Positions 50,672-63,172 of a stretch of DNA of 64,000 nt are shown here, piece by piece. The position numbers were made by a program, and so were the translations under genes. Location of the stretch: positions 56,277-120,276 of the forward strand of contig NC_068989.1 in the NCBI RefSeq assembly GCF_001194135.2, given 5' to 3'. The number at the start of each line of letters is the position of its first letter. The first letter of the stretch is position 1. The DNA is from Octopus bimaculoides (lineage: Eukaryota). The notes under the pieces are model-generated. The model had not been told where the DNA came from. It saw nothing but the letters and a program-made list of their open reading frames with translations, and did not search any database.

Positions 50672-52483
50672 ATTGTTGGATCAGGTGATGAAAGTTACGG
50701 AGAGGGTCATAGCCCAACTAATTCGGAAGAGAGTTGGTCGAGATGAGATGCAGTTTGGGTTCGTGTCAGCGAGAAGTACCACTGATCCTATATTTCTGGT
50801 AGGATTGCTGCAGGAGAAATTCCTAACCAAAGATATACATCTGTACTTGGCTTTCGTTGGCATGGAGAAAGCCTTTGACAGGGTCCCCCGATCCCATATT
50901 TGGTGGTAAATGCAGAAACTGGAGATAGATGAATGGTTGGCGAGAGCTGTACAAGCCATGTACAGGAATGCTGTCAATAAGGTGAGGGTTGGCAACAAGT
51001 ATAGTGAAGAATACCAGGCAGAAGTTGGAGTTCACCAAGGATCAGTCCCCTCTTATTCATCCTAGTCATCCAGTGAAAGAGGAATTTAAGACAGGCTGTC
51101 CCTGGGAGCTTCTCTATGCTGATGACCTTACTCTAATAGTTGAGTCACTACCAGAACTAGAGAAGACGTTTCAGGTGTGAAAGCAAAGTCTAGAATCGAA
51201 GGGCCTTCGTCAATCTAGCAAGTCTTAGTTAGTAAGAAGGCAGACAAATCACAAATCCCTTCAGGTAGATGGTCCTGCTCAATCTGTAGAAAAAGCATAA
51301 GTAGAAACTCCGTAAGATGTACCCAGTGTAGGCTATGGACACATAAGAGGTACAGCAATATGAGAGGAAGGTTAACTCGGAAGATAGTTTTTGTGTGTGG
51401 CAGATGCACAGGGGCAATAAACACTGAAAATGTGCAGAAAACAGCTTCCATCACATGCCAGGAAAATAAATTAGAAGTAGTTAATTGCTTCCATTACCTA
51501 GGTGACCAAGTCAGTGGCAGGGGTGGATGCTCTCAGAGCATAGCTGCTGGAATAAGAATAACTTGGGCAAAGTTCAGAGATCTCCTACCTCTGCTGGTAA
51601 CGAAGGGCCTCTTGCTCAGAGTGAAGGGTTGACTGTATGACGCATGTGTGTGAACAGCCATGCTGCACAGCAGTGAAACAAAGAAATGAAGCTAGTATGC
51701 TCTGCTGGATGTGTAATATTAGTGTGCATACACGACAGTGTAAGCACCTTGAGAGAAAAGTTGGACATAAGAAGCATCAGATGTGGTGTGCATGAGAGTC
51801 AATTGCACTGGTATGGCCATGTGTTGCATATGGATGAGGACAGCTGTGTGAAGAAGTGTCACACCCTAACAGTGGAGGAAACCTGTAGAAGAGGTAGTCC
51901 CAGGAAGACCTGGGATGAAGTGGTGAAGCACAGCCTTTGAATTGGGCTTCACAGAAGCAAGGACAAGTGACCAAGGCCTTTGAAGATATGCTGTGCATGA
52001 GAAGACCCGGCAAACCAAGTGAGATTGTAGCCGTGGTTGATGCTAGTGTTGCATAACCAGCCCATTTAAAAGTACCCTTTGATCGTCAGGCAATATGCTG
52101 TGCTGAGAAAACCTGTTGAGTCAAGTGAGGTCATAGTCTTGGCTGATGCCAGTGCCACCTGACTGGCACCTGTGCCACCTGACTGGCACCTGTGCCGGTG
52201 GCATGTAAAAAGCACCATTAGTGTGTGGCTGATGCCAGTGCCAGTGACACGTAAAAAGCACCATTCAAGCATGGTCGATGTCAGTGCTACCTGACTGGAC
52301 CCTATGCTGGTAGCATGTAAAAAGCTCCCACTACACTCTCTCGGAGTGGTTGGCACTAGGAAGGGCATCCAGCTGTAAAAACCTTGCCAGATCAGATTGG
52401 AGCCTCGTACAGCCTCCTGGCTTGCTAGTCTTCTGTCAAACCGTCCAACCCATGCCAGCATGGAAATCAGATATTAAATGATG
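50672..52483 (+). mobile_element. 5'-truncated RTE LINE in intron 11 (disrupted RT, 3' UTR repeats, tail)
   Basis: LDQVMKVTERVIAQLIR..MQFGF; GCPWELLYADDL; FHYLGDQVSG; tail gtccaacccatgccagcatggaaatcagatattaaatgatg. Confidence 0.92.
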
Positions 52484-53101
52484 CTATTCTGAAACATTTG
52501 TAATTCTCATTAGGAAAAATTCTTACTCCCCCAGTGGTGCCTCAACACATTAGTGACAGTAGTCTCCACCCTAGACGTGACTGCCCCACACACAAGAGAA
52601 GGGTAGTTAATCTCTGCCATTCTGTATAGACTACAGCTTCACACATGTTGGTTGTTCAGCTTCAATTTTAATCCTAACAGTATCAAGTCTGGTTGCTCCC
52701 ATGTGGAGACTGCTGTCACAAATGTGTTGAGTCTCTGCTGGGTGATGACTGAGCAACTGGCCCACAACTGCACTTCACCCTGCTGTTGTGTGTGGTGCAG
52801 TGAACTGATGTTGCTGAATACGCTACATCAGAGGTTGCCATTAATGTGGTGGTAAATCCTTCTCAACATAATCAGAGCACATGGACCTAAGAATAAAGAA
52901 AAGAACTGCTGTTCATTTCACAGCCATTAACATGTAACATGAGCTGAGTAACAAAGGCTTAAAATATAAAGTCTATCTAAAATTTTGTTTCTGTCTGTTA
53001 GTCTTCCAATATCTGAGAGGTGCCAATTGTTCTACATGTCCACAAACTTTGTCATATGGAGTGAAGTCAAACTGTTATTAAAATTAATATTTTTATTTCA
53101 G

Positions 53102-53184
53102 AAAGACCGTTTCAAACGAGTCAATGAACTAGCAGAAGAACTTATTAGAGAGAACTATCAGGATCGAGCAACTGTGAAAAAACG
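53102..53184 (+). CDS. SPTBN5: beta-H spectrin coding exon 12 (repeat 2)
   Basis: cag acceptor; KDRFKRVNELAEELIRENYQDRATVKKR; donor gtatgt; phase 0-2. Confidence 0.92.
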
Positions 53185-53356
53185 GTATGTTTAAAATACG
53201 TTTTAATAATATCTTGGTTAGTGGGGAAACATATCTGTATAAGTAAAGGCCTCACATGTTCATCTTCAGCATTACAGTCACCTAGGATTAAACATCTCTT
53301 CACTGCTATTTTCATCATTGTAAATTTATTTATGTATTTCTACTATGGCATGAAAT

Positions 53357-53655
53357 GTGGAGGCACATGGCCTAGTGGTTAGATTAGCGGACTCACGGTT
53401 GATGGATCACGGGTTAAAATCTCAGATGTGTGTGTTTATGAGCGAAACACCTAAGCTCCACGCAGCTTTGGAAGAAGGTAATGGTGAACTTCTGACTCTT
53501 TCACCACAACTTTCTCCCACTCTTTCCTCCTGCTTCTATCAGCTCACCTGTGACAGACCAGCATCCCGTTCAAGTGGGGAACCTATATGCCAGTGAAACC
53601 GGGAAAACGGCCCTTATGAGCTAGTCATGGCTCAAGAAGGAACAAACAACAACAT
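53357..53655 (+). mobile_element. tRNA-derived SINE of a different family
   Basis: Head ggaggcacatggcctagtggttaga (A box) with a degenerate B box gggttaaaatc; tail ggctcaagaaggaacaaacaacaac. Confidence 0.7.
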
Positions 53656-53767
53656 TATGGCATGAAAATAGTTTTCTAAGTTAATTCAAGTGTGTGACAG
53701 TAACAATGATTGTAGGATTTTGTAGAATAAAAATGTGTCTCTATTTACTATGTTCTGATTTCCCCAG

Positions 53768-53906
53768 AAACGATGCAATAACAAAAAACTGGAAGAAGTT
53801 ATTGACTACATTAGAAGAACGCAAGAAAAGCATCAGTGCATTGGAAAATGGAATGATTTTCCTACGAGAGATTGATGGAGTCGATGAAGAACTCAAAGAA
53901 TGTAAA
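53768..53906 (+). CDS. SPTBN5: beta-H spectrin coding exon 13 (repeat 2/3)
   Basis: cag acceptor; NDAITKNWKKLLTTLEERKKSISALENGMIFLREIDGVDEELKECK; donor gtaagt; phase 2-0. Confidence 0.92.
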
Positions 53907-55719
53907 GTAAGTTAATCCTTTTTTTAAATTACAGAAGTCTTAGTGGCCAATGTTTAACCTGTGTTTCTATAGCTTTAAGAAACAGAGATTTCTCTGGAAA
54001 AGTACAAGTTTTATTACCAGTAACCTTTATTAGCAAAACCTTATTTTTCCCGACAAAATTAATTGAGGCAATTTAGAATTATCTCTCTAGAAATAATGTC
54101 AACTTTCACTTCATGAATCAGTTGTATATTTTATCTACTAGGCTATTTTGTCGCTGCAGTTTAGTTTACATCATTTGGTTGTGATAAACTGTTATATTAA
54201 GAGTATAGAGGAACAATTTCATTGTTCTGTGTTCAATTCCATCTGCTGTAGGAACAGTGTTTCAGTTTGAAATAAATGCCAGTAATATTCACTGGGCTAT
54301 TTTCATCTTGGTTTAGGGCTTGTTATACTGTTGTTGCTTAATTTGTAACATTTCAACAATATCAAAGTAAAACCTTTATTTAATATAGCTTAAAAGCCAT
54401 ACTCTATGCGGACTTTTAAGTTAGCTCCTGTGGTGGGCTATTTGGGTTTTCAACCCCAAACTGAAGAGAGCAATAATAATAAAACATTTATCGGTATCCT
54501 CCTACCATCTCAGATTGATATCACAGAGTATCACGTTTGGAGAATTTTGTATCACTGTGACATTTGGGGATCATTGAAAAACAGCAGGATAAACAATATT
54601 CTTTGTTGACAGATAGAATGTCGCGTTTATTATTGTAGGTAATGGAGGTAACTGTCACAAAGTTTGGGTATTAAATTCAAAAAGCTTTGGTCAGTTTTCT
54701 CGCACAGAATGTTGTGTTTATTATTATAGCTAAGGAAGGAAATTCTTGTAAACCATTTGAAACCTCTCACGGTTGCTTTATCTGCTAGAAATAGTAGCCC
54801 AAATGCTCTTACATCAGATCCCAGTGCTGGATGTTCAAGAACCAAATGAAGGTCAGATTTTCGATCCCAGGATCATTCTGATTCCAAAAAGGTATATGTC
54901 TATATATAGCAAATGTAGACTGAGATAGAGGAGGGGTTCCAGATGGACAGGCAGAATTTCACTTTTATTTATAGAGATTTCTCTGAGTTGTATGAATCCG
55001 ATATAAACAGGTATACTTAATTGACTTGACATCATTACCACCTGATACTTACATTATAACTGTGGAAAGGTGTACAGCATAATTAATACATTAACACAAT
55101 TATTCCAGCTCTCTGTTGGTTTGTATTGTCTGGCCTTTTGAAAGTCATTTGTTGATTTGGTCAGTTTCATGTTAGCATACTAATCTATAATATGAATCTT
55201 GCTGTTACAAAGGTGAATTCTACTTCTCAATGGCTTAGTCCATCTAACAGTAAATAGGTTCAGTGGAACAGCAGGGCTGCTGAATAGTTGACATAGACTG
55301 TTTGTTGTATTGAACCAATTACTGTCAGGAGTAAAGTCCAAAGCAGGCTCATCTAGAGTATTTCTTAGCCCCTTCATATGTTGACAACTAAAACAAGTTT
55401 CCCTCCATTATAACATGTCTCTCTAATATTGGTGATTAGAAAAAATTATCATTACTATTTTCCATGTGTCTACAGGAAAGCACTTCTAGTCTTCCAAATA
55501 TTGTGGCACCAAATATCTTAATATCTTATGCAACTCATTTTCACCCTGTCTCATTTATCATCTGCATGATGTGTCCATACTGGTGCAACAGCTTCTACAC
55601 ACATTAGCCAATCATTTTAATGCTCCTTTCTCTCTCTCTCTCTCTCTCTCTCTTAATCCAATTTCTGATTGTCTTTTAAGTTTTTTCTAAAAAATCATCT
55701 AAATTTTTTTTTCTTACAG

Positions 55720-55922
55720 GCAAAAGTCACTTCAGAAGTGCCATTAAAACATCTGCAAGCAGTTGAGGATGCCTTACAGAAGCATGATTTAGTTGAAACT
55801 CAGATGTCAGTCTTATCAAAACGACTCTCTAATCTGCAGGATAAAGTTCAGAAAGTCGATAAAGACACGGGTCAACCACTCTTGTTAAACCGAACCAAAG
55901 AAGTCACTGAAGAGCTTAAACT
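55720..55922 (+). CDS. SPTBN5: beta-H spectrin coding exon 14 (repeat 3)
   Basis: cag acceptor; AKVTSEVPLKHLQAVEDALQKHDLVETQMSVLSKRLSNLQDKVQK...EELKL; donor gtgagt; phase 0-2. Confidence 0.92.
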
Positions 55923-56327
55923 GTGAGTTGGTTTTCTTGGTATTTGGTGGGTGGAGGATGAGATTTAGATCTAAGTTATTTAGTTGGGCTTTATTATGTA
56001 TGAGTTATAAATTTTTGAGGGAAATGAAACTGGCAAAACTATTTCTGTTTTTTTGGAAAGTCATGCTTCCCACTGCAATTCAGTTCAAGTTTAATGTAGA
56101 TTTCACTAACCAGGATTTGTTATTTCTGTTCTCATGTCTTACAAATTGCAGAAACCAAGAGTTTGTGCTTTACTCCCATTTCTGTAGTTGCCAACCCTCA
56201 CCTGATTTCAAGTAAAGCAATATTTCTGATCATTAGGATATGTTTCCACATTAAAGTACAAAGAGTACCATTGGTATATTGATGATGCTTGTTTATGATT
56301 AGCACATTATGTCAAGAGAGAGAGAGA

Positions 56328-56336
56328 GAGAGAGCG

Positions 56337-56430
<94 letters not shown>
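56328..56430. repeat. (CA)n microsatellite following (GA)n
   Basis: Directly visible. Confidence 0.95.
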
Positions 56431-56433
<3 letters not shown>

Positions 56434-56534
56434 GTCTGCTCCAATTTTTAAACATTTACAAAAGAACATTCATTTTGGGGCAATATTTTGCTTTCTTTGC
56501 GTATCAGAAGGTAGGCTTTCATAGCAGAAATGTA

Positions 56535-57150
56535 TCATCATTTAACATTTGCCTTCCATCTTGACATGGGTTGGATGGTTTGATAGGAGCCGGCACCAGA
56601 TTTCTGTGTCTATTTGACAGGTTTTCTACAGCTGGATGCCCTTCTTAACACCGACCACCCAACAGAGTGGACTGAGTGCTTTTTATGTGGCACAAGCAAG
56701 GTTAGTTTTACAGCTGGATGCCCTTCAAAATGTCAACCACTTTACAGTGTGGACTAGATGCTTTTTTATGTGGCAGGGTCACCAAGTAACTTGCAAGACA
56801 AAAATCCTTTGAGAGGGGAGGGTCATTGGAGGAGATGATCTCATGTCAGAGGATGAAAGGTTAGACAGAAACAAGTATCTTGCTGTAGAGGAGATACATG
56901 GTTACCTGAACAGAGAGAGAGATCAAGAATGAGGACGGAAACGGGTGTGCTGTTGTAAAGGAGATACACAGCAAGATAAGGAGAGAGAGATTGGGAGACA
57001 GCAAGAATGCAAATGAGAGGAGGAGGGGGATGGTGGAAAGGGCTGGGCATAGTCACAAGGCACGGGGATCAGGTTATAAATTGAATGGTCAAGTAAAAGA
57101 AAAGAGAGGTAGATGGTGGCGGATGCCAGGGCTTACCCTAGAGGTACGGA
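56535..57150 (-). mobile_element. RTE 3' tail/UTR fragment
   Basis: tcatttaacatttgccttccatcttgacatgggttggatgg; ctggatgccct blocks. Confidence 0.7.
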
Positions 57151-57508
57151 GATCATAAGTGACAGGGCATTGCCAAAGAAGCGTATTACTGGTATTTAAA
57201 ATACATTTAACGTAATTTGTCATATATGATATGATATAATAAAGATTTCTACACAGTAAATTATATTTCCTTCATATAATCAAATGAGGTGCTAGCCATT
57301 CTTGAAATAATATAATGTTGAACTAAATACTTTACCATAGTTAATTCTTTGTCCATTTGGGATCGCTCTAATTAGATACCTGTAATATGCTGGATACCAA
57401 GTAAGTAGAAAAACACTTTGTTTCTAATTGACAAATTATTACAGTTGTATTAAAATGATTATTGCTGAAATTTTGTTTGTTTTTAAATTATTTCCATTCT
57501 ATATCTAG

Positions 57509-57686
57509 TGTGCAACAGTTGGTGGCAGAAAAACAAGATAAATTGAAGAAATCTCTCCAGTATTTCCAGTTTCTTCAGGATCTCCAAGAAGAAGATCAGT
57601 GGGTTGATGAAAAAACCAAAATCTTGAAAACTAAGGCTCTCTCTAAGGATCTGAAGGCAGCTTTGCGTACACTGAAGAAATACGAG
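57509..57686 (+). CDS. SPTBN5: beta-H spectrin coding exon 15 (repeat 3/4)
   Basis: tag acceptor; VQQLVAEKQDKLKKSLQYFQFLQDLQEEDQWVDEKTKILKTKALSKDLKAALRTLKKYE; donor gtaata; phase 2-0. Confidence 0.92.
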
Positions 57687-57944
57687 GTAATATATTTCAT
57701 TCCAACCCTTTGAATATTTAAATTCACTTTTGATTTTTGGTGATCACAGTTTGAAATTTTGGGGAAATTTGGAAATACTTTGAAAGGGATAAGTTTCCAG
57801 CAATTTAATTTCAATGGATGGTTAGTGTGGTATGATGTCAGTGCCTGCACACACCACACTAGCACGGACTTATTTTAACATGTAAAAAAACATTTATAGA
57901 ATAGCATTGTTGCTGTATAGAAAATTATATGAAAACATTTTAAG

Positions 57945-58160
57945 AATATTTTCTACTCTAGACACAAGGCCTGAAATTTGTGGGGAGGGGGCCAGTCGAT
58001 TAGATCAACTCGAGTACGCAACTGGTACTTAATTTATCGACCCCCAAAGGATGAAAGGCAAAGTCGATCTTGGCAGAATTTGAACTCTGAACGTAAAAGA
58101 TGAAATACCACTAAGCATTTCACCCGGCATGCTAACGTTTCCACCAGCTTGCTGCCTTAG
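57945..58160 (-). mobile_element. tRNA-derived SINE
   Basis: Same family as 36810-37045 and 45118-45330. Confidence 0.85.
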
Positions 58161-58804
58161 ACACAAAGAATATTGTATGATGGTTTCACAATAACCTTTA
58201 GAATTTCTTTAAATATCACTGTCATATCAGAATCAAACATGAATTTCATTTGTAGATAGACAACTTTTGATTTTTAATTGTCATTAATATTTGTAAATAA
58301 CACAGAAGAATGTAACAATTGATGCATTGTCTTTGTTTTCACATCATTGTGGCATTGTCTCCTGTAGGTAGTATAATTAAATCAATTCATTCTAAACAGT
58401 GGCTAAGTTTGTGTACTGTTTGGGGGTTAATGCTGTTTTTAGAATTTTAATAACTCAGAAAATATGGTGAAAAAATCAATGTTGTAATAAGGGGAACAAA
58501 TATTGATCCCTTAATTAGATATAAGGTTAGATATTGTAATTAGTAAATTAAACTTACCTCAGACTATAAAAGGTATTTTATTGCCCCTGGGGGGAAGGAA
58601 AGGTAAATCAATAAAATATAGTATTTGACCATGAAACTATGAATTTTGTTTGTCACTCAGTTATCTCTGTCATTTCCTCTAACATGCTGAATAAATAGAA
58701 GAAAAAGAGAATATTTATATTTGTACTTTTTTTGCTAAGGATTTAAGTATATAAGTAATAGTTTGATTTTGTTTGCTTTTTCCCCTCTTTTAATTTGTTC
58801 AAAG

Positions 58805-59008
58805 GCTCAAGAAGCTGAAGTTAATGTCCATGATCAACTTGGAAAATCACTCTTAGCAACAGGTGCTAAGTTAAGATCTGCAGGATATTCTTTCCCATCA
58901 AAGGATGGTACTGACAGACTGAAAAAGTTTGAGGACAAATGGCAACAACTGAGAGAGCTGCTGCGAATCCGCAGAGTTTGGTTGGAAGACTCCATAGAAG
59001 CTCAGCAA
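58805..59008 (+). CDS. SPTBN5: beta-H spectrin coding exon 16 (repeat 4)
   Basis: aag acceptor; AQEAEVNVHDQLGKSLLATG...FEDKWQQLRELLRIRRVWLEDSIEAQQ; donor gtaaga. Confidence 0.92.
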
Positions 59009-59112
59009 GTAAGACTATTTGCTTTTGTGTATCATCATCATCATCATCATCTGTATTGATTATCTTAAATATTTGCTATCTCCTGATTCTTAATTTTATT
59101 CTGTTGCTTTAG

Positions 59113-59208
59113 TTTTATGCTGATGCAAATGAGGCTGAGTCTTGGATGAAGGACAAGTTGACTGTGGTGTGCAGCAATGACCGTGGCCGTGATGAAACTA
59201 GTGCCAAG
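59113..59208 (+). CDS. SPTBN5: beta-H spectrin coding exon 17 (repeat 5 start)
   Basis: tag acceptor; FYADANEAESWMKDKLTVVCSNDRGRDETSAK; donor gtaatg. Confidence 0.95.
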
Positions 59209-59659
59209 GTAATGAATACATGTATTTTATCTTTTGCTGTTTTCTAGTAGAATCTACTTTTTCATACCAACAATTTTTATTAGCCTTGATCAAGCAGTTC
59301 TTTGATCAAAGGCATTCTAGTTCTTTTTCTAAGCTGCTAGAATGTGATTTCAGGGAGATTTGGTTGTTATTTCTAGCCAGTTTAGTAACTACACATAGAG
59401 GCTCACTCACTAACATCAGTTTATCATAGGTTGACCACAGAAATAATAGATACAGGGGATGTGATGAAATAGATTATATTGATATTAGATAATGAAATGC
59501 TATAGAGTGTCAAAAGAGGGGGAAATATGCTGTTCGGTGGGTGTGGCTAGTTTTATTACTTTGGATAAATGGACATTGGTGTTATGAGCTAATAATGGCT
59601 GTCTTGAAGTTAAGCTTGCAAAAAGAATATTTCATAGACTAATAATATTTCTTCTGCAT

Positions 59660-60190
59660 CCTTCCACCTTCCCCAACTCGTGCATCATTGGTCATTCCAC
59701 TTGTCCCTTATCTGCCACCCCTTCCATCTACCCTTCAACTCTATCTTTACAGTTACCTACCCACCCTCCCTGCTCTCAACCCCCATTTCTCCCACACTAT
59801 ACACTCTTGAACCCCCCCCCCCCCGCCGATCATTTTCACTCTTCCGCATGTCACTAGCCATGTGGCTCCTTTAGTATGAGAAAAGGGATGGGGGCAGTAG
59901 CCTTGTGGTTTCTCTGTATGGCTACTGCCCTCCTTTCTCTTGTACTTCTCACCTCCCACCATAAAGCTGCTCCGCACCGTCCAGCTTTATAGTCTTGCAA
60001 GCAGCATGTTGGGTAGTATGAACACAAGCATTTAGTCCATGCTGTAAAATGGTTCGGGTTAGGAAAGGCATCCAGCCATAGAAACCATGTCAAAGCAAAA
60101 ACTGGAGTGCAATACTGTCCTTGGACCCATTGGATCCTGTCAAGCTGTCCAACCCATGCCAGCAGGAAGCTTGAATATTAATTGATGATA
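59660..60190 (+). mobile_element. RTE 3' UTR/tail fragment
   Basis: ggaaaggcatccagccatagaaacc...gtccaacccatgccagcagga. Confidence 0.65.
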
Positions 60191-60497
60191 GCACTATATG
60201 GTTTTTCTTTTTATGATTTTAGTCAAACTCTTAAAAGACTGCTAAACTGTATAATCTAAAGAGTACAAGACTTTGAGTTGTGTAGACTAATCAGTTGGAA
60301 TTGGAATTCTTAGTATTGCCAATTTCTTGCTTTGATCATCATTAGACACCTGATTCCTTCATAGCATGACACCCATCACCACTGTCATGATTTATGACAC
60401 AGTTAAACTAATTAGAGAGGTTAATATCTTAAGATTTTAATGGATCGTATATTTGTTATTTTGTCTCCTCCTTTAAAACTCTTCGTTTCTTTTCTAG

Positions 60498-60611
60498 GCA
60501 TTGCTGGTGCGACACCATCGACTTATGAAAGAAATTGATGCTTTTAGTCCTGAGATTGAACGTCTTCGAGAACTTTCTATTCTTATGACCAAAGCTGCCA
60601 GTGAACACAAT
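60498..60611 (+). CDS. SPTBN5: beta-H spectrin coding exon 18 (repeat 5)
   Basis: tag acceptor; ALLVRHHRLMKEIDAFSPEIERLRELSILMTKAASEHN; donor gtaagt. Confidence 0.93.
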
Positions 60612-61287
60612 GTAAGTTTTATTTAGAATCAATCATTGAACACCATTCAATAAATTGTTAAATACGAGGTTGGCAGGAACTTAAATGTCTTTAACATATT
60701 AATGGCTGTTTATACCTGAGTAATTTAGTCTTTCACTTCATGCCTGTTATATTGATCAAAATTCTCTAGGTTTACACGGTCAGTCTTTCTTTTCTGGTTA
60801 GACACACGTTGACGTTGTTGCCCCCTTTTCATCATTTCCATTCCTGTTCTTTAGATCTCACATCCCTACCTATTATACCCTGTCACTTGTTGCCTGACTA
60901 ATAATCTGGTCTATCTGCAGAAACTGGTTCGATTATTTTTTATGGCTTCAAGAGAGAAAGGTTGGCACATAATGTTTTTTTTCCCCTTTTTTGAAGGGAT
61001 GAGGGAAAGGAGCTGAGATTTGTGGGTAGAAAAGGGGAGTTTATTCTCAGATCATAGACCTGGACTGAATAGACTCTGCTAAAGTGTTTATACCAGAGTG
61101 GACTCGGGTATAAACAGCCATGTGTCAAATTGATACTGTTAAACTGGGTCCTGAATTTAGTTTCATAATCATTCAATTGTCATATATGAATAGAAATCCG
61201 TTTTGAGTCATAAATCGAGTAAAACTAAAACTGTGACATGCTTTGAACTTTTCCGTTGTTGTTGTTTAATCTACTCTCACTCTTTAG

Positions 61288-61482
61288 ATATCACCTGATA
61301 AATTTGTACGCTACATGGAAAATGGTGAAAATGATGCTGATGAACTCGATTCTGAAGTGGAGCCAACAGTTGTGGAAAAAGAAGTTTATAAAGATGTCTT
61401 AGTTAAAAAAGAAATACCACAAGTTAAAGTATTATTTGGCTATCAAAACCCTAAAGATGGTAGTAGCATTAATAAAGGAGAA
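61288..61482 (+). CDS. SPTBN5: beta-H spectrin coding exon 19 (acidic linker plus SH3 N-half)
   Basis: tag acceptor; ISPDKFVRYMENGENDADELDSEVEPTVVEKEVYKDVLVKKEIPQVKVLFGYQNPKDGSSINKGE; donor gtgagt. Confidence 0.9.
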
Positions 61483-61560
61483 GTGAGTATAGAAATATAT
61501 ATTCTGAAAATTTCTAGAATTGAAGAAAATTGAATTCATTGTTGTTATTATTATCATTAA

Positions 61561-61990
61561 GGCAGTGAGCTGGCAGAATTGTTACCATGCCAGGCAAAAT
61601 GCTTAGCAGCATTTTGTCCGTCATGTTCTGAGTTCAAATTCTGCTGAGGTCAACATTGTTTTTATCTTTCCAGGGTCGATAAAGTAAGTACCAGTTGAGT
61701 ACTGGGGTTGATGTGATCAACTTATCCCTCCCGACAAATTTCAGGCCTTGTGCCTATTGTAGAAAGGATTCTTATAACAGAATTGTTAGCCTGCCAGGCA
61801 AACTGTTTTGCGGCATGTTGTCTGCCTTCACATTCTGAGTTCAAATTCTGCCAAGGTTAACTTTGCCTTTCATCCTTTCGGCATCAATGAAAAAAGTACC
61901 AGTTATGTACTGGGGTTGATGTAATTGAATTTCTCCCTCCCCCAAAGCTTTAGGCCTTGTGCCTATAGTAGAAAGGATTATTGTTATTAT
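61561..61990 (+). mobile_element. Two head-to-tail tRNA-derived SINEs
   Basis: 61561-61772 and 61777-61990; each ends ggccttgtgccta.tgtagaaaggatt or ggccttgtgcctatagtagaaaggatt. Confidence 0.85.
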
Positions 61991-62546
61991 CATTATGATT
62001 ATTGAGTGAGAGCAACATATGCCATCAAAATGACACTGGGGTACCAATATACAAAGCCTAATATACCCAACATGACTACTTGTTTGATAAGGGTACACCT
62101 GCCACATGCATCACAACCACATGTGCGCAACATGGTGATGTGATATATCGAGATAAACAGTGCATGACTGTATTAGAATTTTCTTTAGGTTGAGTAACCC
62201 ATCCCACTCAAAAGGTCCCTGAATAAGGGTTGTTTAAGGATGATGAACAAAACACCCATGTTTCCAGAGGTGAATTATTCAAATCCCAAAGAATTCCTCC
62301 CAACACATGGCTATGGTGCTCCCCTACTACATCTGCTTGTGGTCAGAGATGCACATATTGTTAGCACCTAAGAGACATGCTCGACTGGTTTACCCATATC
62401 TTTATCAAATTATCTAAGTTTAAAGTCATATTGAGGAGTTGTTTGTGAACAAATAGAATTTGAATTTTTCAATCAATTAACAATTTTATAAATATGTATC
62501 AAGGTTAGTATAACTAAAATTTGGAGGATTTAAAAATTTTTAAATG

Positions 62547-62606
<60 letters not shown>

Positions 62607-62970
62607 TGATTTCTTTTTATAAAAAATGTGTTTGTTGGCATTGATATTGTGAAAAGAATCTGAACTATTAATAGCTTATTTGTATAAAAAGGATTATGCT
62701 ATAACTAGCGTTAATAACCCTTGATTAGTTTTTCTACAAAGACAAGTTATTTTACAATAAGAATTATTTCAGTTAGCCATAAAATTGTAGCTAAGCCTTA
62801 TTTCATAAGGCAGTCTGTTGATTTCTGACTTTAACTATGGTTAAGGTCACTTTATCACCTGGTCGCTGTGTAATGAATATCAAGTTTTCTTGCTTTTAAT
62901 TTTCTAACCTGTCAACAGTGACTTCTTTTGTTATTTCATTTGTATATTGTATTCCATGATAATTGCAAAG

Positions 62971-63172
62971 GTGGCTGATTTGATTAAGAAAGCCAACGAA
63001 GAATGGTGGTGGGTAATGAAAGCTGATGGCACAGGGCTGTATGTTCCCAAAACGTATGTGAAAGAAACAGCTCCTCGTGTTGTCCAAGAAACAAGGAAGA
63101 AGTTGGTTTCAGTAAAAGAAATTGTCAAATCGCCAGCCGCTGCACCCTCCCCATTGCATAGAACGCCATCTG
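62971..63172 (+). CDS. SPTBN5: beta-H spectrin coding exon 20 (SH3 C-half)
   Basis: aag acceptor; VADLIKKANEEWWWVMKADGTGLYVPKTYVKETAPRVVQETRKK...HRTPS; donor gtgagt; phase 0-1. Confidence 0.92.

Larger units (their letters stand above)
31794..63172 (+). other. SPTBN5: Beta-heavy spectrin gene (karst/sma-1/SPTBN5-like): span of 20 coding exons, about 911 aa, 3'-incomplete
   Basis: Manual splicing gives one continuous frame: MNENFESRRIKILQQERVQIQKKTFTKWANSFLEK (CH1), [42 protein letters not shown] (CH2), RTVEKPPK, YTPPEGKLVHDI, FYADANEAESW, then an SH3 inside repeat 5. The CH-CH plus beta-spectrin motifs plus SH3 layout is that of beta-H spectrin. Confidence 0.93.

Noticed and set aside
54850-55400. 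Second Penelope/GIY-YIG relic (PVYIG)
   Set aside because: A single short motif, with no supporting R/H residues in frame.
31794-63172. Conventional beta-spectrin, alpha-actinin, dystrophin or spectraplakin
   Set aside because: An SH3 in repeat 5 excludes conventional beta-spectrin and alpha-actinin. Beta-spectrin-type motifs (RTVEKPPK, PPEGKLVHDI, FYADANEAESW) argue against spectraplakin or dystrophin.
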